A DNA stretch of 60,620 bases, the filler included, from Squatina squatina (taxonomy: Eukaryota): NCBI GenBank assembly GCA_031763465.1. It is 3 parts of 3 records of this genome, joined end to end, with 100 filler letters (N's around TTAATTAATTAA, not from the genome) between each part and the next. Parts side by side here need not be neighbours in the genome. Positions count along the whole stretch, not along the records: positions 1 to 31,433 come from JARFOE010000057.1; 2 more parts are not named here. One strand, 5' to 3'. Under the pieces are notes generated by a model. That model was not told the origin of the DNA, searched no databases, and saw only the letters and a program-made list of their open reading frames with translations. How positions within the stretch are numbered: the stretch's first letter is position 1; the number at the start of each line of letters is the position of its first letter. The translations under genes and the position numbers were made by a program. Shown here one piece after another: positions 1 to 12,057 of the stretch.

Positions 1-285
1 TGAAAAAGGAAATGCATTTTTTGTGAAGTGGAGAAAAGGACACCTGCAAAGTTCAAACATTTTATGCTTCACTAAAATTTCCCCAAAGCCAATAAAAGCA
101 CCGTAACTGGAATGCAATTTAAATTTAACATGGAGCTGCACTCATTTCCAGTTGAAACTTCGACCTCTGTTCCAGCCTCAGTAACATCTGTAGTAACACA
201 GCCAGCTGTGAATTGGAGGCACTGTTCGAGTGGTTGTGAGGCAATGCAGGAACCTGATTTGGGGATTGTCCAGCACAGCAAGCAG

Positions 286-378
286 TTACTTTCCAGAGTA
301 AGGAGGCTGGTTAGCAGTCTCTGGAAGCGATAGTTCCTTACTAAATGACACAAGCTCCCGTAATTCTTTATTTTCAAG
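286..378 (-). CDS. SIKE1: SIKE1 terminal coding exon (LENKELRELVSFSKELSLPETANQPPYSGK*)
   Basis: Polypyrimidine tract plus AG acceptor (379-380). 93 nt ending in TAA. LENKELREL matches the SIKE1/FGFR1OP2 C-terminal coiled coil. Confidence 0.85.
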   Translation of the reverse strand, partial: LENKELRELVSFSKELSLPETANQPPYSGK

Positions 379-1249
379 CTTGAAAACAAAAAAAAGAAAC
401 ACCATAAGACTTTGTGCAGTTAAAGACACGTTAATAAACAAACCATTTTCAGATCTTGCTTAGGCCCCTTCCCCTTCACTTCTGAAGGCCAACTCACACT
501 GATCTGTAATTCTGTTGGTGTTAACGACACTCCAACATGACGAAATATCAGTCCAGATAGGCGAGTTGGCAGGTATTCAACAGTGGTATCATAGCCAAAC
601 CGCATCCTCCACACAGATGCTGCCTGACCCGCTGAAGGTTTCCAGCCTTTTCCGTTTGAGATTAGGTTTGGTAGTGATGCCACTGTTGTTGAATATCTGC
701 CAACAAACTATCTGGGCTGACATTTTACCATGCTGGAGTGTCGTTGACACTTACAGAACGACACAATAAAAGGGAGGTTGGAGATNNNNNNNNNNNNNNN
801 NNNNNNNNNNNNNNNNNNNNNNNNNNNNNNNNNNNNNNNNNNNNNNNNNNNNNNNNNNNNNNNNNNNNNNNNNNNNNNNNNNNNNTAGAGCTGACACAAA
901 CGCCGCCATCATTAGTGCAATGGACTTTAATTGACATGGCCCAGGTTTGATTCCAACCATGACAAACATTCAATATCTATTTTGTTTTACTAAGTCCAGC
1001 TGGTTTTTAAGATAAGGAAGTCCTCTACCTTTGGATGGGACAGGAATAATCTCAGGGACATCTAACCAACTCCAAAGATCAACCTTTCTTTCAGCTAATG
1101 AGTAAAGCCATCCATAGACCCAATTACCTTCATTGGGCAAGAGGATAGTGGGAGGGGAGCAGGGATAAAACTACAACAAAAGAGCAGACATATAAATTGG
1201 CAGCACAAAATATGACATTAAAAGAACTGTAACTGCCTTACAAATCAGA

Positions 1250-1405
1250 AAATGGCTCAGTGGTAACATTTAAGAGTCAAATGGTCATGGATCCAACTCC
1301 AGTCCAGACATTTAAGCACCTAATCCTGGCTGGCATATCATTGTGGTACTGAGGCACTGCTGTACTATTGGAGGCATCATATTTCAGAGAGATGTTAAAC
1401 CATGC
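1250..1405 (+). mobile_element. Degenerate tRNA-derived Deu-domain SINE (SacSINE1-like)
   Basis: tggctcagtggt A-box-like head and decayed 'gtactgaggcactgctgtactattggaggcatcatatttcagagagatgttaaacc', similar to the copy at 8130. Confidence 0.55.
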
Positions 1406-1439
1406 CTACATGTCGGTGGAGGTAGTAGATCCCGTAGTA

Positions 1440-1860
1440 TATTGAGTAGACTCGGCCTGTATTCTCTAGAGTTTAGAAGAATGAAAGGCAATCTCATTGA
1501 AACATACAAAATTCTTACAGGGCTCGACAGGGAGGATGTTTCCCCTGGCTGTGGAGTCTAGACCAGGAGTCACAGTCTCAGAATAAGGGGCAGGCCATTT
1601 AGGACTGAGATGAGGAGAAATTCCTTCACTCAGAATGCAGTGAGTCTTTGGAACTCTCTACCCCATAGGGCTGTGGAGACTGAGTCATTGGGTACATTCA
1701 AAATAGAGATTGATAGATTTCTAGATATTAAAGGCATCAAGGAATATGGGGTTAGTGCAGGAAAATGGCATTGATTTAGAAGATCAGGCATGATCTTGTT
1801 GAATGGCAGAGCAGGTTCAAGGGGCTGAATGGCCTATTCCTGCTCCTATTTCTTATGTTC
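1440..1860 (+). mobile_element. CR1-type LINE 3' end
   Basis: RLGLYSLEFRRMKGNLIETYKILTG (CR1 ORF2 C-terminus), followed by the tail gaatggcagagcaggttcaaggggctgaatggcctattcctgctcctatttcttatg. Confidence 0.9.
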
Positions 1861-2137
1861 CAACACAAGAGGCATCATTTACATTGCTTATGTAAATTGC
1901 CCCCTAACCCCAAACAATGCAGAGCACAGAACATTACGTAACAGGGAAGGTGAGGAGGGCCAGCATGGTTAAGGTCCTTTGCTGCAACCTTTTCTAAAGT
2001 TGCTGACCTCTCAACTCAAGTGTAAACTGAGATGAATTTGCAAGTCCAATCTCTTAAAAGAATTCTGGTTTAAACTAGGATCAATTTGGGAGTAAATGCC
2101 TGTAAATTGGAATAAATTTGAGAATGCAGCTGGTTAC

Positions 2138-2280
2138 CTGGGAATGCTCCTGGTGCAAATTGGTAATTGGTGTGCTATCCAGCTGCTTCTTTGATGCTAG
2201 AAGTCGTAACATCTGCTTCCTGTATTTACTCATGATGAGTTCTAAGGCATAGCGGTGCTCCTCCAGGGAAAGCCACAACT
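2138..2280 (-). CDS. SIKE1: SIKE1 internal exon ([48 protein letters not shown])
   Basis: AG/GT bounded, 143 nt. [18 protein letters not shown] is the SIKE family motif. Position next to NR1H5 and SYCP1 favours SIKE1 over FGFR1OP2. Confidence 0.9.
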
Positions 2281-3734
2281 CTGACAGAAACAAGAGAAGC
2301 CACCAGCAAGTTATGAGACAACCACACTAATCTCAGGCCATACAGGTATAAAATGCTCAATAATCCTCGCTGTATTTTTAAAGTGAAGTCTTATGTCCTG
2401 TATTACCATACAACACTGGATGAAACAGGAAGCCCCCCTCCCCCAACTCCTTCATAGGAATTGCTGGCCGAAAAAAGACAATTGCGCGTCGAGTTTGCCT
2501 TCTACCATCCTGGTAGTCGCATGACACAATGATAATGGAGTTGTCAATCTCTCTCAATGAGTCTACAACAAGGAAAACCCCCAGTGGTGAAGCGCTTTGG
2601 GAACCATAGGTCCGAAGTCACCTTTTCCTCCCAAGCTCGCTACACTTGAGTCATGGCTCAAATTACTCATACTGTATCCCAAAATGTGATCTTCAGAAAG
2701 AATTCTATTTATATCAGAGTGGATCAATACTAACTGCCTTCAGTCTATTTCACATTTATGGTTACTCAGGTGAATGTCTTGCTTATCTAGTGAGCTCCCA
2801 ATGATAAATCCATTTCTACAAAAGCCAGTTGGGTTACTGCACANNNNNNNNNNNNNNNNNNNNNNNNNNNNNNNNNNNNNNNNNNNNNNNNNNNNNNNNN
2901 NNNNNNNNNNNNNNNNNNNNNNNNNNNNNNNNNNNNNNNNNNNGGTGATTTTATCAGGTATTACTGTAATAACGAATTAAGTAAAGATTCTGTCGTTACT
3001 GGTTGTCTGTCCAACTTTAATAAATCATTTTGCAGAGGGACAGGTTCACATGGTACAGCTGTGTAACATCATGCACCAGAGAAGGTCAGGCTGTACTCAT
3101 CCTTGACCCTTGCTGCTCTCCAGCTTCTGTTGTAAATAGCCCTCATAAACTGTCTGATAAGCGTTGGATTGCGATCCATCACTCAACCTCATTATCTGTC
3201 TTTTTTGTTTGTGCTTCTTCACTGTAAACATCCCGTATCCAGACTAAAGCAATATGACTCTTGCCGTGCTACCTCACTGTTGCTGCTATTTATTTATTGA
3301 GAAATCAAAATGTTCAAGTCTGAAATGATCAAACTGGGCTTTTGTTGGATCAGCATCCTATTCAGATGCTTCTGTAGCAAATCTCAATTTTAACTAACAC
3401 GACAGACATTAAGGGGGAGAAATTCATCTCCTGTTGCGCCCCATTAGTGCCTCCGTGGGGCACTAACAGGGCGTAACAGGAAAGANNNNNNNNNNNNNNN
3501 NNNNNNNNNNNNNNNNNNNNNNNNNNNNNNNNNNNNNNNNNNNNNNNNNNNNNNNNNNNNNNNNNNNNNNNNNNNNNNNNNNNNNAGCAGGAGAATTGTA
3601 TTCCACCACTATCTCAATGACTGAGCATCCACAGCTCTTTGGGGTAGAGATTTCCAAAGATTTTGAGTGAAGAAATTTCTCCTCATCTCAATCTTCAATA
3701 AGCTGACTATCCTGACTTGAAAGTATATCTCCAT

Positions 3735-3915
3735 TTCTTCATCATAACTGGGTCAAAATCCTGAAACTCCCTACCAAACAGCACTGTGGGAGCACCTTCA
3801 CCACATGGACTGCAGCAGTTCAGGAAGAAGGTTCACCACCACCTTCTCCTGGTAACTAAGGATGAGCAATAAATTCCGACCTTGCCAGCGACGCCCACTT
3901 CCCAAGAACAAAAAA
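3735..3915 (+). mobile_element. Abundant shark retroelement 3' tail
   Basis: actgggtcaaaatcctgaaactccc...gcaataaattccgaccttgccagcgacgcccac plus an A-rich end. A reverse-complement copy lies at about 40470-40603. Confidence 0.65.
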
Positions 3916-4499
3916 TAAACGTTGAAAGCTATGGTGGTAATTCAGTGTGGAAAGGATTATATTTGAAGAAAGCTGGAAAGGAAATCCCATACTTAAAGAT
4001 TCAGCTCTCTGACATCAGCTGATAGATGGAGATTCGGTCTTCCTCATGTTGACGTGTTTTATTGTCGATTGTTTACGAGCCCTGCCACAGGAAAGCTTGT
4101 CTCCCACTGTAAATCTAACCCAGTTTATTTCTCGCTTCCTCACTCACGTACACAGCCTGTCTCTCCTTTTTCACAGCTGTTAACATTTGTAGAATGTTTT
4201 ATATTATTACTCTGGCACAGTGCCAGCTCACTGAAGGATCTTTGCTTTCTCACAGCCCATTTTCGGAGATTAAAAGGCACTAGACCAATATTTTTATTCA
4301 TACCACACGAATGGGCTCATTATGTATCCTCTGCAATTACCTGCACAGTACAATCAGGAGCACAAATATCTATTCTGAAATCCTCATCAAATCGCTTTAA
4401 TTTGGGGAGGCAGGATTTGGGTAAATCAGGTTCTTGCCCCTTTAACCATCAGTCAGAATTTGCACAGAAGTTGGAGGCTGTGCATTGTTGTGATCTGGA

Positions 4500-4678
4500 A
4501 TATTTAACTTTTAGAAGAGATAGGCAAAATGGAAAAGGAGGAGGAGTAACCCTGATAATAAAGGATGGGATAAAGACTGTGGAGAGAAAGGACCTTAGCT
4601 CCAAAAATCAACAAGTAGAATCAGTTTGGGTGGAGCTAAGAAACAGCAAGGGGCAGAAAACATTGGTGGGAGTTGAGA
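4500..4678 (+). mobile_element. CR1 LINE APE endonuclease fragment
   Basis: FRRDRQNGKGGGVTLIIKDG...ESVWVELRNSKGQKTLVGV. Confidence 0.85.
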
Positions 4679-4778
4679 NNNNNNNNNNNNNNNNNNNNNN
4701 NNNNNNNNNNNNNNNNNNNNNNNNNNNNNNNNNNNNNNNNNNNNNNNNNNNNNNNNNNNNNNNNNNNNNNNNNNNNNN

Positions 4779-5035
4779 CTCTGGTACCTTTGCCAATTAT
4801 CCCAAATCTGTGTCCTCTGCTTCCCAACCCTTCTACCACTGGAAACAGTTTCTCCTCAATTTCTCTATCAAGACCATTCACGATGCCGAACACCTCTACT
4901 AAATCTCCTCTTGCCCTTCAAGGTGAACAGTGCTAGCCTCTCTCGTCTCTCCCCGTAACTGAAGTCTTGTTCATCCCCGCTACCACTCCAGCAAATCTCC
5001 TCTGCCCCTTCTCCAAGGCCCCAATGCCTTTCCCA
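4779..5035 (-). mobile_element. CR1-like LINE ORF2 C-terminal fragment
   Basis: GLDREIEEKLFPVVEGLGSRGHRFGIIGKGTR. Confidence 0.75.
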
Positions 5036-6550
5036 AATTTACTCTGCTTTATTTTTTTGGAATTTCCCCATGTCATGTCCCATTTCTGGCTCACATAATT
5101 TACTTGACGTTCTCACATACATGCTTACTTTGCCAACAAAAATAATTTAATTAACATTTGGGAAGGCTGTATGCAACTCTTGTTCCTCTACCCACACGCC
5201 AACAGGTATGCGATATGCACATAGCACAATGCAAACATTACCCTAAAGGAAAGTTAAAGCTGCTTTTTTAAGTGGACTTTGACTGGTTCAGTTTTTCTCC
5301 AGTTGATAAGCAGTGTCTGATCTTTGTAGTGAGATTATGATGAGTCACTTTGCTACAGAACAAACATTTACTGTGACAGATAAGAGGCCAGCTCTCCACA
5401 GGCTGCACCTTGACACACCGCATGCTGTTTGTAAAACCAGAAATCCTGTGTTTTTTAACATCCCCGCTCCAAAAACAAAAGTGCACAGTGATATATTTTG
5501 ACAACCAAAATTACAGAAATCCAAAACCAAAATGCGTAATGACATTTGCCTTTTTGGAGTAGATTAACCTAATGGGCATTAGAGTACAAATTCTGCAATG
5601 CTGTTGCTGGAGTGCAGAGGGCAGAACCTCNNNNNNNNNNNNNNNNNNNNNNNNNNNNNNNNNNNNNNNNNNNNNNNNNNNNNNNNNNNNNNNNNNNNNN
5701 NNNNNNNNNNNNNNNNNNNNNNNNNNNNNNNNNNNNNNNNNNNNNNNNNNNNNNNNNNNNNNNNNNNNNNNNNNNNNNNNNNNNNNNNNNNNNNNNNNNN
5801 NNNNNNNNNNNNNNNNNNNNNNNNNNNNNNNNNNNNNNNNNNNNNNNNNNNNNNNNNNNNNNNNNNNNNNNNNNNNNNNNNNNNNNNNNNNNNNNNNNNN
5901 NNNNNNNNNNNNNNNNNNNNNNNNNNNNNNNNNNNNNNNNNNNNNNNNNNNNNNNNNNNNNNNNNNNNNNNNNNNNNNNNNNNNNNNNNNNNNNNNNNNN
6001 NNNNNNNNNNNNNNNNNNNNNNNNNNNNNNNNNNNNNNNNNNNNNNNNNNNNNNNNNNNNNNNNNNNNNNNNNNNNNNNNNNNNNNNNNNNNNNNNNNNN
6101 NNNNNNNNNNNNNNNNNNNNNNNNNNNNNNNNNNNNNNNNNNNNNNNNNNNNNNNNNNNNNNNNNNNNNNNNNNNNNNNNNNNNNNNNNNNNNNNNNNNN
6201 NNNNNNNNNNNNNNNNNNNNNNNNNNNNNNNNNNNNNNNNNNNNNNNNNNNNNNNNNNNNNNNNNNNNNNNNNNNNNNNNNNNNNNNNNNNNNNNNNNNN
6301 NNNNNNNNNNNNNNNNNNNNNNNNNNNNNNNNNNNNNNNNNNNNNNNNNNNNNNNNNNNNNNNNNNNNNNNNNNNNNNNNNNNNNNNNNNNNNNNNNNNN
6401 NNNNNNNNNNNNNNNNNNNNNNNNNNNNNNNNNNNNNNNNNNNNNNNNNNNNNNNNNNNNNNNNNNNNNNNNNNNNNNNNNNNNNNNNNNNNNNNNNNNN
6501 NNNNNNNNNNNNNNNNNNNNNNNNNNNNNNNNNNNNNNNNNNNNNNNNNN

Positions 6551-7020
6551 AACAGCAATGAGAAACTGAGAGATAATCTGTTTAGTGATGTTCATTGAAG
6601 GATAAATATTGGCCAGGACACCAAGGAGAACTTCCCTGATCTTCTTCAAAATAGTGCCATGCAATGTTCACCCTCATTTTTTCAGGGGCTGTGCGGCCTA
6701 TTCACAGTTTCGCGCATGCACAAAATTTAACATTAGAAAAGCTAGTCCCAAGTTGCGTGGGACTGGCAGAGAGCTGCGCAGCCCTGCAGCTTAGAGGGAA
6801 CATTAGTGCCACGGGATCTTTCTTGTCTACCTGAGAAGGCAGACAGGGCTTTAGCTTAACATCTCATCTGAAAGACAGCATCTCCGACAGTACAGAACGC
6901 CCACAGTACTGCACTGGAGCCTCAGCCTAGATTTTGTGCTCAAGTCTCTGGGGTTCACCACTTCTACCTGCAACCTTCGAACTCAGATGTGAGAGCGCTA
7001 CTACTGAGTCATGACTGACA
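6551..7020 (-). mobile_element. SacSINE1-like Deu-domain SINE interrupted by a MITE
   Basis: Reverse complement of the SINE at 8130. Contains ttaacatctcatctgaaagacagcatctccgacagtacag (Deu core). Confidence 0.8.
6662..6805. mobile_element. 144-bp hAT-type MITE with 8-bp target-site duplication
   Basis: Termini caatgttcaccctc...ttagagggaacatta. Flanking direct repeats gtgccatg (6654-6661) and gtgccacg (6806-6813). Confidence 0.8.
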
Positions 7021-7754
7021 CCTCAGTCTGCTGATGTGTAAGTAAAAGGGCCACACTCGCTGGGTGTACCATCATCTCCAGCCGTGTTTAGAAGCAATGT
7101 TCACAGATGAATCCTGAGCCTGACAGCTGTTAGATTTTCTGCATTTTACCCTGACAACAGCATTCTATTTTTATAAATGTTGTCCTGTATATGCAGGAAA
7201 CTAGCAAGCATCTCAAGATTGAGTAAGAGAATGCAGTGTCAACATAAACATTAACAAGAACAAGAAAACATATTTGCTAATGTACTGAGAATTATTGTCG
7301 CTTCTCCCCTTCGCCAATGAAAATAACACATAATACAATTAATAACCAAGAGGTTAACTAATCCATCAATCGCACAATATGGGAAAATAATAGTTTAATA
7401 AAATGTTTTCAAAAGTCCATTGTGTGCTGTGGTGGAAATTGTTCCGCTTGAAGCAATAATGGAATTTGATCCAAAGCATGACAAAAAATTAAAGAGTAAC
7501 AACATCAGTAAACATTTCAAACATGAAAGGTCAGAAGTTCTGAAGAAGGCTAATTTAACAAAATGTGGTATACACAGCATGAAAGGGAATAGTTCATCTT
7601 GGTCCAAAATTGTATTACTCATCAGCGTCAGCTCCTGAACAGTGCACACNNNNNNNNNNNNNNNNNNNNNNNNNNNNNNNNNNNNNNNNNNNNNNNNNNN
7701 NNNNNNNNNNNNNNNNNNNNNNNNNNNNNNNNNNNNNNNNNNNNNNNNNTCCAG

Positions 7755-8075
7755 ATCTACAGATGACTCCATACAGCCAGTATCCCAGCATGCAATTCTC
7801 TCCAATGGCAACACCCCAGCCACAAACACACTATTCTGCCCACAATTATTACCCACAATATTCACCAGAAGGACATTATTCACCTAGCTCGTATGAGCTA
7901 AGCAAACCACAGTACCTGGGCCCCAATGATGTTGGTGGAGGAATACCTGTGATGAAAAGACCTAGACTCAACCATTCATCTTTGCGAATAAAGGGTGAAG
8001 AGGAGCTGTGTGTGGTGTGTGGGGACAAAGCTTCAGGGTATCACTATAATGCACTAACCTGTGAAGGATGCAAAG
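7755..8075 (+). CDS. NR1H5: Farnesoid X receptor beta: A/B domain plus first zinc finger exon
   Basis: [26 protein letters not shown] followed by a gtaag donor. This is an FXR-type DNA-binding domain lying between SIKE1 and SYCP1. Confidence 0.9.
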
Positions 8076-8129
8076 GTAAGAATGCATAACTATCTTTTTA
8101 TATTACAATGCTGTATCTTCATAATTCAG

Positions 8130-8251
8130 TGTTAGCTGTGCCTCAGTGGGTAGCGCTCTCGCCTCTGAGTCAGAAGGTTGTGATTCAAGTCCCACTCCAG
8201 AAAATTGAGCACATAAATCTAGGCTGACACTCCAGTGCAGTACTGAGGGAG
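8130..8251 (+). mobile_element. SacSINE1-like tRNA-derived SINE, 5' part
   Basis: A-box (tgcctcagtgggt) and B-box (gattcaagtcc), then ctgacactccagtgcagtactgagggag. Cut by a gap. Confidence 0.85.
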
Positions 8252-8709
8252 NNNNNNNNNNNNNNNNNNNNNNNNNNNNNNNNNNNNNNNNNNNNNNNNN
8301 NNNNNNNNNNNNNNNNNNNNNNNNNNNNNNNNNNNNNNNNNNNNNNNNNNNCATAGTGCCCCACCCTTTGTTCCTCTCCTTTCCCCATGAGAACTGAATG
8401 TTCCCCAGGTGTATAGGAAAAAAAATCTGCCCCTAATATTCCTTCTTTTGTCTATGTATTCTTTACCTTGGTGAGCAAATGCATGTGGAGAAAACAAAAT
8501 GTATTATTTAGTTTTAAATATAGAAATGATTCCGACTGATGAAGAAATAGTATTTGAAAAAATACCAAACATGAGAAGATGTAAAACATTTTCAAAACAG
8601 TTTTTTGTGATATTGTTGTTGATGATTTGCTTTTTATGTATTCTGAATGGGGCAAATAAGAGGTTGAATGTTACACTCTGGGAATTCAGTAGTATGTGTA
8701 TTGTTTAAG

Positions 8710-8838
8710 GATTCCAGACATTAGACCACGAAGACCAGATTGCGGTGCTCAAAGGTTCCACAGTGGAAGTGATGTTCCTCCGGTCTGCACAGCTGTACAA
8801 CCAGCGCTTCACACAGAGTAGTCACCTGTTTACCCAGG
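8710..8838 (+). CDS. NR1H5: FXR-beta ligand-binding domain exon ([32 protein letters not shown]...)
   Basis: AG/GT bounded, 129 nt. Nuclear-receptor signature F..L..EDQI.LLK region of FXR type. Confidence 0.92.
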
Positions 8839-9013
8839 GTGAGTAATGGGATAGTCAAATAAAGAGTGGCTACTCCATCACTAACACAGCTTGTGCTACT
8901 CTCAAATGTTAGTNNNNNNNNNNNNNNNNNNNNNNNNNNNNNNNNNNNNNNNNNNNNNNNNNNNNNNNNNNNNNNNNNNNNNNNNNNNNNNNNNNNNNNN
9001 NNNNNNNNNNNNN

Positions 9014-9935
9014 CGACTCTTCCCTTTCCTTCCTCGGCTTCGCTGTCTCTATTTTATGGGGATTAGCTGTCGACAAACATCCATGATATACCCACATAAT
9101 CGCACAGCTCCAAGGACTACATGTCATCCCACCTCGCTTCCTGAAAGAACTCTATTCAATTCTCAGTTTCTTTGTCTCTGTCACATCGGATATGCCTTTC
9201 TTTTGCCTCAACGAAGGATTCCTCTCTACTGTGGTTCACATGGCCCTCGACTATGTCCATTCTATTTCCACACCTCTGCTCTCACCCCTTCCCGTCCCTC
9301 CCAGAACCACCAGAGGGTTCCCCATGTCCTCACCTTTACCCCACTAGCCCCCACGTTCAACGGATCATCCTCTGCCATTTCTGCCACCTTCAGTGTAATA
9401 CCACCACCAATCAGATCTTCCCCTCTCTGCCCAGCATTCTGATGGGACTGCTCCCTCCGCGACACGCTGGTCCAAACCTCCACTAGCCCTAGCTCCCCCC
9501 TCTCCCCTGCTCATGGTACCTTCCCGTGCAAACGCAGGAGATGTAATATCTGCCCTTTTGCATCCTACATTCCCACTGTCCGGGGCCCCAAACACTCCTT
9601 CCACGTGAGACAGCAATTTATTTGTACTTTTTTCAATTTAGTATACTGTATTCGCTGCTGACAATGTGGTCTCTTCTACATAGGGGAGACCAAACATAGA
9701 TTGGGTGACCGCTTTGCAGAACACCTTTGTTCATGCCGTAAGCATGATCCCAAACTTCCGGTCGCTTGGCAGTTTAATTCTCCACCTCATTCCCACTCTG
9801 ATCTCTCTGTCTTTGGCCTGTTATATTGTTCCAATGAAACTCAATGTAAGTTCGGCGAACAGCACCTCATCTTTCGAGTAGGCTCTTTACAGCCTTCTGG
9901 ACTCAATACTGAGTTCAACAATTTCAGAGCATAAC
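9014..9935 (+). mobile_element. Penelope-like retroelement remnant with GIY-YIG endonuclease
   Basis: VYCIRC..CGLFYIGETKHRLGDRFAEHL...EQHLIFRVGSLQPSGLNTEFNNF. Contains frameshifts and stops. Confidence 0.88.
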
Positions 9936-10262
9936 CTCTGCACAATATTGTTTTTGTTTTCATTGTTTTATATCAGTTCTGTTTTCATTTCCCTCTCATG
10001 GCTGTTGCTGTTTTGCCCCCAATTACACCCTTTCTGGATGTAAAGTGCTTGGTAATGTAGCCATCACCACCTCTGATTGCCNNNNNNNNNNNNNNNNNNN
10101 NNNNNNNNNNNNNNNNNNNNNNNNNNNNNNNNNNNNNNNNNNNNNNNNNNNNNNNNNNNNNNNNNNNNNNNNNNNNNNNNNGAAACGCCCAAAACACAAA
10201 TTGGGCACCCAAAGTGAAATAGAGGCCAGCTGAAGAGTCTCCACAATCCGGGGCGGAGGTAA

Positions 10263-10365
10263 AAGAGTGCCTCTGAACAAGGGAGATGAAGGGGACGAAG
10301 AGTGTCTCTGTGAACAAGGGAGATGAAGGGGACGAAGAGTGTCTCTGTGAACAAGGGTGATGAAG
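10263..10365. repeat. About 37-bp purine-rich tandem repeat, about 2.7 copies
   Basis: Unit tctgtgaacaagggagatgaaggggacgaagagtgtc. Confidence 0.85.
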
Positions 10366-11048
10366 CGGGGTGTTGGTGAGGGCGGGTGCAAAGAGTATAT
10401 TTGTGAACTGTGGAGGGGAAAGTAGAGTAAGGAATGTGGAAATGTGAGGGGAGGGAAACAACCAAGAACAGGTGGGAAAGAGCATCCTTTCCATTGTGAA
10501 GAACACTTACCTTTTATATGCGTTACAGTTTTAAATGCATTATTAACTAATTAGTTTAAAACAACATTATTCTACTTTATTTATTGCCTTCAGTGTGCTG
10601 GTGATTGTAAAACATCAATGTTGTTTGGCTCCAATACTTGAAACTGACCTGTTAGTAACAAATGGTTCCATGCATTGTTGCTAATAGTGTAACAGCACAA
10701 TTTCAACTGGTTTGTATTTATTTGGAACTCCAGACTGAGTTGTAATGGGCAGATTTTTGTCTTGCTGCTTGGGCATTAAGTATTGCTTGGGTGAAGCACA
10801 GATGTGAAAATCGGCATATGTGATACAAAAGCCGCTTGATTTTCTCTCCATTAGTTTAAGGAAAATAAGCCAGGTTCTGTAACACGCATACGAATCTCCC
10901 TGTCAGATTTTCCTCTCTGTGCTCTACCTAGGTGATGCTTAACGCCTTGGCCAAATGTCAAAGTCAACTCCATGTATTTTCACGTTTGTAATAAAATTAT
11001 GTCATGTTTGGTTGTTCACAACTTATGATTCTTTGTGTTGTTCTGTAG

Positions 11049-11287
11049 ATCGACCCTATGTAAAGAATAAAACACATGTAGAAAAGCTACAGGAACCTCT
11101 TTTGGAGATTTTATACAAGTACTCCAAGATCCATCATCCAGAGAGTCCACAGCGCTTTGCTCGGCTGTTGGGCCGACTTACTCAGCTTAGAACCCTCAAC
11201 CACAACCACTCAGAGGTGTTGATGTCATGGAAGATGAAGGATCAGAAACTCACACCATTGCTCTGTGAAATTTGGGATGTACAGTGA
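11049..11287 (+). CDS. NR1H5: FXR-beta terminal exon with AF-2 helix
   Basis: DRPYVKN...[45 protein letters not shown] acceptor at 11047-11048. Confidence 0.93.
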
Positions 11288-12057
11288 AGGATTATAGCAG
11301 AACTATGATAGATGAAATTGAACTGGTCAGTCCAGCTGCAAACCAGGCTATTTTTGGTCGTACAAAAGCACCGAAAATTAATGGTGGAAGATCTCACTTT
11401 AATTTCCATCAGTGAGCAGCTACCATGCCAGAATATATGGTACCCAAATCAATTGTCATGGTAGTCATTACTGCAAGTGAGGCTTTTGTTTTTATATCTA
11501 ACTTTTGTTTACTATATTGACCAACAGCTCTTATTTTGTTTGTTACCAACCGTTTGGCCATTATATTTTTACTTTGTAAAGTATTTTTTCTCAATCAGTT
11601 CTGTTCTGCCAGAAAATAAGACAGTTTCTAATTCATCTTTCTGATGTTTAGTTTGGGGAATGCTTACTTACAACATCCACTCAAACCTGTTCTGAAGGTG
11701 GCACAAATTTTTATTTTTTCAGCATGAGAGCTACAAGAGCCTATCTTTTTAAATAGTTTAAGGAAGACTTTCTTTTAACTTTTGGTTTCTGATAATCACT
11801 TAACCTGAGAGCAGTGTGAGTGCACAAACAGTTGTATGCCTGAAATTAATATTCACTATAATTAGTAAACATTATTGGGGTGATAGTACGCTGTTACAAA
11901 AACAGCTTGCATTCATATAGCACCTTTGCCGATAAACAATGTCCCATGCACTTAACANNNNNNNNNNNNNNNNNNNNNNNNNNNNNNNNNNNNNNNNNNN
12001 NNNNNNNNNNNNNNNNNNNNNNNNNNNNNNNNNNNNNNNNNNNNNNNNNNNNNNNNN

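Noticed and set aside
4054-4902. 282-aa ORF
   Set aside because: Chance fusion of intronic sequence, a CR1 endonuclease fragment and a gap.
5569-6664. Several ORFs of over 320 aa
   Set aside because: They consist almost entirely of translated Ns.
10263-10365. gatga...cgaa in the 37-bp repeat as a possible hammerhead ribozyme
   Set aside because: It lacks the CUGANGA core and the flanking helices.
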